Assembly: GCA_903901225.1 (NCBI GenBank)
Contig: CAIUQE010000003.1
Location: forward strand, 23,461 to 87,460
Reading direction: 5' to 3'
Length of the DNA stretch: 64,000 bases
Source of the DNA: Candidatus Omnitrophota bacterium
GTDB lineage: Bacteria > Omnitrophota > Gorgyraeia > Zapsychrales > Fredricksoniimonadaceae
Shown here: piece after piece, positions 55,798 through 64,000 of the stretch
Layout: each line of letters opens with the position of its first letter
How positions within the stretch are numbered: the stretch's first letter is position 1
The notes under the pieces: generated by a model
Database searches by the model: none
What the model saw: the letters and a program-made list of their open reading frames with translations, nothing else
What the model was told of the DNA's origin: nothing
Translations under genes and position numbers: made by a program

Positions 55798-56411
55798 AAT
55801 ATTTTCTCCACCGCCCCGCGGATAGCCTCGAAATTCTCCGCGATGCTGCGCCTGGCATCAATGACCACGACACGCCCGGGTTCGCTCCTGGCGATGGCGT
55901 GATACCCCTCACGCACGCGCGCGTGATATTCCAGTGAACGCAACTCGATGCGGTCGCGCTCGGTCCCGCGGCGAGCCAACCCCTCTTCAGCGGAGAGGTC
56001 CAGAAAGAATGTCAGGTCCGGCCCCAGGCCCTTCGTCGCAAAAAGCCCAATGCCTTTGATCGCGTCCACCGGGACCCCGCAACCGTATCCCTGGTACGCC
56101 ACCGTCGAGTCCAGGAAACGGTCGCAGACGAGGATCGTCCCCGCGGCCAGTTCCGGTCTGATCACTTCCTCAACAAGCTGAGCGCGCGCGGCCATGTAAA
56201 GCAAGGTCTCGCATTCCTTGTTCATCGCCGTATTTTTACGGTCGAGCAGGATCGCGCGGACTTTCTCGCTGATCGCCACGCCGCCCGGCTCCCGGATAAG
56301 TTTGGCCGCGACACCTTTCGCCGTCAAATGGTCCAGTAAAAGCTTGGACTGTGTGCTCTTGCCGCACCCCTCGGATCCCTCAAATGTGATGAACTTACCC
56401 TTGTAGGCCAT
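55794..56411 (-). CDS. tmk: thymidylate kinase
   Basis: GKFITFEGSEGCGKSTQ P-loop and DRF motif (LVCDRFLDS). Confidence 0.85.
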   Translation of the reverse strand: MAYKGKFITFEGSEGCGKSTQSKLLLDHLTAKGVAAKLIREPGGVAISEKVRAILLDRKNTAMNKECETLLYMAARAQLVEEVIRPELAAGTILVCDRFLDSTVAYQGYGCGVPVDAIKGIGLFATKGLGPDLTFFLDLSAEEGLARRGTERDRIELRSLEYHARVREGYHAIARSEPGRVVVIDARRSIAENFEAIRGAVEKIL

Positions 56412-56417
56412 TGTTTT

Positions 56418-57815
<1,398 letters not shown>

Positions 57816-57866
57816 AAGCCTCAAATTGTGTGGTTATTCAGTGAAAAAATGATCTCATCGAGCGTA

Positions 57867-57936
57867 GGGGCGGGTCTGTGACCCGCCCACTTGACCCGGT
57901 TCACGCACTCACGTGGGCGGGTCACAGACCCGCCCC
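57867..57936. repeat. pair of inverted GC-rich palindromic elements between cysE and cysS
   Basis: GGGGCGGGTCTGTGACCCGCCCAC (57867-57890) and its exact reverse complement (57913-57936), 22 nt apart. Each arm is itself a 9-bp/3-nt hairpin. An A6 run (T6 on the minus strand) lies about 17 nt away. Confidence 0.5.
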
Positions 57937-57995
57937 TGCGTCAAACTCAAGTCTTCTCGCAGCTACAATGTGCCGCAGGCCGATAGCACGGCAAG

Positions 57996-58661
<666 letters not shown>

Positions 58662-58669
58662 AAGAACTC

Positions 58670-59176
58670 CTATGCTTTTCTCAGCGACGCGGTCGCGTAC
58701 GCGGCCATGCCCTGTCCGGCCCCGACAAAGCCCAACCCCTCGTTGGTCGTGGCCTTAACGTTAACGCGCGCGCCGTCGATCCCCAAAGCGCCCGCGATAT
58801 TAACCACCATCTGTTTCTTGTAAGGCGTGATCTTCGGCGCCTCCGCCAGGAGCGTAACGTCCACATTGACCACCGTGAACCCCGCTTTGGCGGCCATTCC
58901 GGTGACATGCTTGAGCAGGAGGATACTGGAAGCCCCCTTGTACTTGCGGCTCTTGTCCGGAAAATGCTCACCGATATCGCCAAGGCCCGCCGCACCAAGG
59001 ATCGCGTCCATGATCGCGTGGACCAGCACATCCGCGTCGGAATGGCCCTTGAGCCCCTTGTCATAAGGGACCGTAACGCCCCCCAGGACCAGTTTGCGCT
59101 CCGCCGTCAGAACATGCACGTCATAACCGATGCCGGCATGGCATTCCGGCGCGTGATACCATGTTGGTAAAGACAT
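58670..59176 (-). CDS. ispF: 2-C-methyl-D-erythritol 2,4-cyclodiphosphate synthase
   Basis: IGYDVHVL...[19 protein letters not shown]. The true start may be a few codons downstream of 59176. Confidence 0.75.
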   Translation of the reverse strand: MSLPTWYHAPECHAGIGYDVHVLTAERKLVLGGVTVPYDKGLKGHSDADVLVHAIMDAILGAAGLGDIGEHFPDKSRKYKGASSILLLKHVTGMAAKAGFTVVNVDVTLLAEAPKITPYKKQMVVNIAGALGIDGARVNVKATTNEGLGFVGAGQGMAAYATASLRKA

Positions 59177-59215
59177 TCACATCTCCTCTCCCTCCCCTGC
59201 CGGGAGGACGATTTC

Positions 59216-59896
59216 CTATTTTAACAATGCCCCGGCCACGACCATGTCATCCGGTGTCGTGACCTTGATATTCGTATACGCCCCCTCGAACATCTGCACG
59301 CGCACACCGAGGCGCTCCACAAGCGCGGCATCATCGGTCGCCACAGCGCCATCCGCGCCCTGCGCGGCGTAAGCCTTCTCCAAAAGTTCGCGATCAAAGA
59401 CCTGCGGCGTCTGCGCTTCCCATAAAAGCTCACGGTCCAGCGTGGCAATGGCCATGCGCGTGCGCGGGTCAACAGACTTGATCGTCGGCTTCACGGGGAC
59501 CCCCGCGACAGCCGCTCCCGTGGCCTGGACCGCCCGCAACCCCTCGGCGATCATCGCGTGCGTCACGAATGGCCTCACCCCGTCATGGACCATGACCACG
59601 CTCACGCCTTTGTCAAGGGCCGCAAGGCCGGCGCGCACCGACGCTGTGCGCGTGGCGCCACCCGCGACAACCGCCCTGACCTTGCCGAATGATCCGTCGG
59701 CAACGACCTTTTCATAATCACCGCGCCAGTCGCGGTGCACGAGCAGGACAATCCCATCGACCAGCGGGCATTGCTCGAAAACAGCCAGCGTGCGCGCGAT
59801 CAACGGCCGCCCCGCGAGATCTGCCAGGGGTTTGGGCCGGTCGCCGCCAAACCTTGCGCCGGTGCCGGCCGCAGGGATGATCACCCAAACTCTCAA
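59216..59896 (-). CDS. ispD: 2-C-methyl-D-erythritol 4-phosphate cytidylyltransferase
   Basis: N-terminal VIIPAAGTGARFG, GT-A nucleotidyltransferase fold. Confidence 0.75.
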   Translation of the reverse strand: MRVWVIIPAAGTGARFGGDRPKPLADLAGRPLIARTLAVFEQCPLVDGIVLLVHRDWRGDYEKVVADGSFGKVRAVVAGGATRTASVRAGLAALDKGVSVVMVHDGVRPFVTHAMIAEGLRAVQATGAAVAGVPVKPTIKSVDPRTRMAIATLDRELLWEAQTPQVFDRELLEKAYAAQGADGAVATDDAALVERLGVRVQMFEGAYTNIKVTTPDDMVVAGALLK

Positions 59897-60879
59897 TGGG
59901 CCACCATTCTCGCGAAGATCATGCGCCCCGCCTGCGTCTGCAGGACGGATGTGACCGCGATCTTCACCTTCTGCCCGATATGGCGGCGGCCTTCAGTAAC
60001 AACGACCATGGTACCGTCATCAAGGTACCCGATCCCCTGAGTCTCTTCCTTGCCTTCCTTGACGATCTGGATGTCGAGCTCTTCGCCCGCGAAGACAACA
60101 GGCTTGACCGCGGTGACCAGGTCATTGACATTGACGACATCGACCCCCTGCAGGGCCGCCATGCGGCTGAGGTTAAAATCCGTTGTGCACAAGCGGGCGT
60201 CGAGGATCTTCGCGAGCTTGACCAGTTTCAGGTCGACACCACCGGGTTCTCCCTGAAGGTCATCCTCATGGATGTGCAGCTCCATATCCGGGTTCTTCTG
60301 CATGACCCGGAGGATCTCCATCCCCCGGCGTCCACGCTGGCGCTTGAGATCATCCGCGGAATCCGCCAGGCGCTGGAGCTCATGCAGGACGAACCTCGGG
60401 ACAATAAGCCTGCCGGCAAGAAAATGCGCCTTGTGCACATCGAACGCGCGGCCGTCAATGATGGCGCTCGTGTCGAGCACGACAACACCGTCCTTCAGGT
60501 CCGTGCGGCGGAACCTCACGTAAGGGATCACCAGATTGAATTCATCCTTGCCGCGCAGGGCGATCACCGCGCCAAGATAGGCAAAGATCAGCGTCAGGAC
60601 CACACGGGTGCTGGCCAGGATGCTGACGTTCAACGGCACCAGCGCGATCGTGTCCGCGACAAGCTTGGCCATGATGACGCCGAACAACAGGCCGAAAACG
60701 ATGGATGAAAGCCCCCGCACGGACACGCGCTTCATGCTGACCTCAAGAAGGATCAGCAAAGCGCCTCCGGCGACGGCGATCAGTATCCCCGGCAGTTCGC
60801 GGTCATAAATATTGCCGACCAGAAAGCCCACCGCCCCGCTGAGGACCAGGAAAAAAATACGGATGAACAATAACGACAT
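59893..60879 (-). CDS. PIN and TRAM domain membrane protein (YacL-like)
   Basis: N-terminal TM helices. PIN VVLDTSAIIDGR...HELQRLAD. C-terminal TRAM (KIAVTSVLQTQAGRMIFARM). Overlaps ispD by 4 nt. Confidence 0.6.
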   Translation of the reverse strand: MSLLFIRIFFLVLSGAVGFLVGNIYDRELPGILIAVAGGALLILLEVSMKRVSVRGLSSIVFGLLFGVIMAKLVADTIALVPLNVSILASTRVVLTLIFAYLGAVIALRGKDEFNLVIPYVRFRRTDLKDGVVVLDTSAIIDGRAFDVHKAHFLAGRLIVPRFVLHELQRLADSADDLKRQRGRRGMEILRVMQKNPDMELHIHEDDLQGEPGGVDLKLVKLAKILDARLCTTDFNLSRMAALQGVDVVNVNDLVTAVKPVVFAGEELDIQIVKEGKEETQGIGYLDDGTMVVVTEGRRHIGQKVKIAVTSVLQTQAGRMIFARMVAH

Positions 60880-60900
60880 GAACCCTCCTTGATTTAGCCC

Positions 60901-62295
60901 TCAAAAAGCATCGAGCGCTTCGCGCACATGGGACACGGGAACAAGTTGCAATGTCTTGAGGCGGATATCGCTCCTGGGCTTTAAATTGTTCTTCGGCACG
61001 ATGCAGCGCTTGAACCCGAGTTTTTCGGCCTCATTAAGGCGCGTGACAATATGCGACACGCTCCTCACCTCCGCCGAAAGGCCCACTTCCCCGAGCACCG
61101 CGACATCGGAAGGCACAGGCTTGTCACGGAACGACGACGCGACAGCCAGCGCGACAGCCAGGTCCGCCGCGGGGTCCTCGACGCGCACCCCCCCGACGAT
61201 ATTCAAAAAAATGTCCTGGTCCTCCAGGCGCAGCCCCACGCGCTTTTCGAGGACGGCCACCAACAGCGACAACCGGTTGGCGTCAAAGCCCTGTGCCTTG
61301 TGCCGCACCATGCCAAAGGCGCTGCGCGCCACCAGCCCCTGCACCTCGACCAGGAAAGGCCGGGTCCCTTCAAGAATAGGGACGATGACCGAGCCTGAAA
61401 CTTCTTTCGAGCGCTCCTGCAGGAATATCTCCGACGGGTTCGTGACCTCGGCCAGCCCCCCGGAGGTCATTTCAAAGACCCCCAGCTCATTGGTCGACCC
61501 GAACCGGTTCTTCACCGCGCGCAGGACGCGGTACGCCGAATAACGCTCCCCTTCAAAATAAAGCACCGTGTCAACGATATGCTCCAGCACCCGCGGCCCC
61601 GCGATGGCCCCGTCCTTGGTCACGTGCCCGATCAGGAACATCGCCATGCCGCGCGCCTTGGCCAGTTGGGTCAGGACCGAGGCGCTTTCCCGCACCTGCG
61701 TCACGCTGCCGGGCGATGAGCCCAATCCCGACTGGTACACCACCTGGATGGAATCAACGACCACGACATCGGGTTCAAGTTTGTTGATGAACTCGATGAT
61801 CACGTTGACATCGATCTGGTTGACCAGGAACAGCGATGGCGACGGTTTTTTCAATATCCGGTCCGCGCGCATTTTGGTCTGGGCCGTGGATTCTTCGCCC
61901 GACACATAAAGGACCTTCAGCCCGGCGGCGCTCAAAAGGCAGGCCGCCTGCAGCGCGAGCGTGGATTTGCCGATCCCCGGATCACCGGCGATCAGCGACA
62001 CCGATCCCGCGACAAGGCCTCCGCCCAGGACACGGTCAAGCTCCGGCATGCCCGTCAAATGACGCTGCTCCCGGCCCGCGGCGATATCATCCAGGAGGAC
62101 CGGCGCCTGAGTATTGGCCACGAGCCCCCGCAGCGAACCATCCGCGGGACGAACGGCGATGGCCTCCTCGACCAGCGTGTTCCAGCCCTGGCATCCGGGG
62201 CATTTCCCGATCCAGCGGGGCGATTCCTGCCCGCATGACTGGCAGACAAAAACTGTTTTTGCCTTCATTTTTTGGGCCTGTAAAAAAGTTTCCAC
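60901..62295 (-). CDS. radA: DNA repair protein RadA (Sms)
   Basis: Zinc finger CQSCGQESPRWIGKCPGCQGWNT, Walker A GDPGIGKSTL, KNRFG motif, C-terminal Lon-like domain. Confidence 0.85.
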   Translation of the reverse strand: METFLQAQKMKAKTVFVCQSCGQESPRWIGKCPGCQGWNTLVEEAIAVRPADGSLRGLVANTQAPVLLDDIAAGREQRHLTGMPELDRVLGGGLVAGSVSLIAGDPGIGKSTLALQAACLLSAAGLKVLYVSGEESTAQTKMRADRILKKPSPSLFLVNQIDVNVIIEFINKLEPDVVVVDSIQVVYQSGLGSSPGSVTQVRESASVLTQLAKARGMAMFLIGHVTKDGAIAGPRVLEHIVDTVLYFEGERYSAYRVLRAVKNRFGSTNELGVFEMTSGGLAEVTNPSEIFLQERSKEVSGSVIVPILEGTRPFLVEVQGLVARSAFGMVRHKAQGFDANRLSLLVAVLEKRVGLRLEDQDIFLNIVGGVRVEDPAADLAVALAVASSFRDKPVPSDVAVLGEVGLSAEVRSVSHIVTRLNEAEKLGFKRCIVPKNNLKPRSDIRLKTLQLVPVSHVREALDAF

Positions 62296-62966
62296 GGGTT
62301 CGACTTCAGGTCCGCCGAAAGCTCATCAAGGTTCGCGCTCACCGCGGCCATATTGGCCATCGTCGCCGACAAGGCGCCTTTGTTCGCTTCGGAAAGAACG
62401 CCTTTATTAAGGCTCTCGCTGACCGCGGCCACGCTCACCAGGATCGCGGCCAGGGATCGCCTGTTCGCCTCGGAAAGAATGCCGTTGTTCACGCCGTCCA
62501 GCACCAGCTCAACCTTCTTCCCCAGGACCCCGAAGGACTGCGTGATCGCCTCCATGGAAACAGGGTCTTCTCCGGTAACACGGGCGCCGGCCACCAGGCT
62601 ATCCGCTCTTTTCCCGGGAAGCACCTCAAGATATTTCTCGCCGAGGATCCCCAGCTGGTTGATCAGGAACCTCGAATCCACCGGAATGCGGGAGTCTCCC
62701 TCCATCCAGATGTCAACGACAACATCCGCGGGCCTTTCGGCCGCCGGAACAACCTTGATCCGCTTGACATGCCCCGCGTCCACGCCGGCCAGTCGCACAG
62801 GCGCGCCTTTCTTCAGGCCATTGGCATACTGAAAAGTCACCTGGTAAATTACGCCTTGCCTGAACACCGAAAAGTCGCTGATCGAAAATATGAACACCAC
62901 CAGGCAGACAATGGCCGCGACCACGAAGGCGCCGACCTTGACCTCGAGATTCGTTTCTTTAGGCAT
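62265..62966 (-). CDS. mlaD: MCE-domain protein (MlaD-like)
   Basis: N-terminal TM (VGAFVVAAIVCLVVFI) then MCE core (VTFQYANGLKKGAPVRLAGVDAGHV). Confidence 0.55.
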   Translation of the reverse strand: MPKETNLEVKVGAFVVAAIVCLVVFIFSISDFSVFRQGVIYQVTFQYANGLKKGAPVRLAGVDAGHVKRIKVVPAAERPADVVVDIWMEGDSRIPVDSRFLINQLGILGEKYLEVLPGKRADSLVAGARVTGEDPVSMEAITQSFGVLGKKVELVLDGVNNGILSEANRRSLAAILVSVAAVSESLNKGVLSEANKGALSATMANMAAVSANLDELSADLKSNPWKLFYRPKK

Positions 62967-62984
62967 AACCCTCTCCTGTGAACC

Positions 62985-63758
62985 TTATTTAACGTGCCCG
63001 AAGCGCATGCTCTCATCATCCGTGACAGGGCCCAGCGCGTCACCGTTGATGAACTGCCGCACGACCGGATGCGTCGAGCGGCGGATCTCATCGGGCGTTC
63101 CGTCGGCAATGACCTGGCCGAGGTAGATCATGGCGATCGAATCCGCGATCTTGTACGCCGCGTTCATGTCGTGCATGACAACAATGGACGTCACCTTGAG
63201 CCGGTCACGCATGGCCACGATAAGCCGCTGGATCGCGTCCGAGGTAATGGGATCCACCTCGCTCGTCGGCTCATCGTAAAGGATGATCCGGGGCCCCATG
63301 CACAACACCCGCGCGAGGCTGACGCGCTTGCGCATCCCGCCGGAAAGTTCCGAGGGCAGCATCTCCTCGATGCCGCCCAGTCCGACCAGCGACAGCGCGT
63401 GCGCCACGCGCTGGCGTTTCTCGTCGGCCGGAAGCTTCGTGAACTCGTCGAGCACAAAGCCGACATTCTCGCCGACGTTCAAAGAATCGAACAAAGCGCC
63501 TCCCTGGAAGACCAGCCCCATGTCCCGGCGCACGGCATCGTAGGCGCGCTCCGGCAGCGTCGTCACTTCCGTGCCGCCGATCCGGATCGACCCGCCGTCG
63601 GGCCTGACGATCCCCATGATATTCTTCAAAAGCACGCTTTTACCCGCGCCCGAACGCCCAATGACGACCTTGGTCTCACCGGCGCGCACGCGCAGGGTCA
63701 GCCCGTTGAGGACCCGCGCTCTGTTGAATGTCTTGTGAAGATTCTCAATTTCTATCAT
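62985..63758 (-). CDS. mlaF: ABC transporter ATP-binding protein (MlaF-like)
   Basis: Walker A GRSGAGKS, signature LSGGMRKRVSLAR, Walker B ILYDEPTS. Confidence 0.7.
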   Translation of the reverse strand: MIEIENLHKTFNRARVLNGLTLRVRAGETKVVIGRSGAGKSVLLKNIMGIVRPDGGSIRIGGTEVTTLPERAYDAVRRDMGLVFQGGALFDSLNVGENVGFVLDEFTKLPADEKRQRVAHALSLVGLGGIEEMLPSELSGGMRKRVSLARVLCMGPRIILYDEPTSEVDPITSDAIQRLIVAMRDRLKVTSIVVMHDMNAAYKIADSIAMIYLGQVIADGTPDEIRRSTHPVVRQFINGDALGPVTDDESMRFGHVK

Positions 63759-64000
63759 CAGGCATTGAACAAAAAGTAAAAGATGAACGTGAACAGGCAG
63801 TCAAACGCGATGATCAGGATGAACGAACGCACGACCGACAATGTCGTGGCCCGGCCCACGCCATCCGCCCCGCCCTTGACATTCAACCCTTCATAACAAC
63901 CGACCGTCGCGATGATCATGCCAAAGAACGCCGTCTTGACGAGGCCGGTGACAATGTCTTTCATGACCAGCGCCTCCGACACCATGCTCCAGTACATATG
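63758..64000 (-). CDS. mlaE: ABC permease MlaE-like, C-terminal fragment (gene starts beyond window end)
   Basis: C-terminal TM segment GLVKTAFFGMIIATVGCYEGLNVKGGADGVGRATTLSVVRSFILII. Confidence 0.5.
   Translation of the reverse strand, partial: HMYWSMVSEALVMKDIVTGLVKTAFFGMIIATVGCYEGLNVKGGADGVGRATTLSVVRSFILIIAFDCLFTFIFYFLFNA

Noticed and set aside
57822-57824. TTG start for cysS as given by the ORF track (MRLMELYNSL...).
   Set aside because: An in-frame ATG three codons downstream (57815) gives the conventional MELYNSL... N-terminus. The TTG extension is not needed.

Overview
The window joins two very different pieces of DNA.

Left part, about 1 to 30200 (roughly 45-50% GC): a mobile/defence island, with almost every gene on the minus strand.
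- Mobile-element markers: a small serine recombinase, a 905-aa Prim-Pol plus SF3-helicase replication protein, a DnaB-like helicase lacking the N-terminal domain, an Ogr-like zinc-finger protein, a cold-shock protein, many orphan ORFs, and two 63-bp perfect direct repeats plus a strong hairpin at the right edge.
- Centrepiece: one nine-gene minus-strand operon (16362 down to 4389) ending at a rho-independent terminator. It combines an SspB/SspC/SspD-like (BREX type 4 BrxP-like) DNA phosphorothioation module (DUF4007-like, DUF499-like giant ATPase, PAPS-reductase-family protein) and a distal cysteine desulfurase.
- Embedded in that operon is an uncharacterised, translationally coupled triad: SF2 DEAH helicase, GHKL/MORC-type ATPase and PLD(HKD)-family nuclease. 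A trypsin-like serine protease closes the operon. I read the triad as a candidate phosphorothioate-linked restriction/effector module that is not SspE-like and not DndFGH-like.
- A second candidate defence pair sits nearby: a PD-(D/E)xK nuclease fused to a DEDD 3'-5' exonuclease (DUF2779-like), with a WYL-domain regulator.

Right part, about 30200 to 64000 (roughly 60% GC): ordinary chromosomal housekeeping genes.
- AAA ATPase, a GGDEF diguanylate cyclase, and a Gtr-like glycosylation cluster (GtrA, LbH acyltransferase, AsnB-like amidotransferase, GT2, methyltransferase, GT-C, TPR).
- lpdA, a DUF192 protein, an in-frame Maf-M48 lipoprotease fusion, pyrE, comF, two LptF/G permeases, alr, tsaB, tsaE, thiL, mtnA, metG, PSP1/RicT, holB, tmk, cysS, cysE, ispF, ispD, a PIN-TRAM protein, radA, and mlaD/F/E.

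No rRNA, tRNA or CRISPR array was recognised. All calls rest on motif reading of the translated ORFs; no database search was possible.
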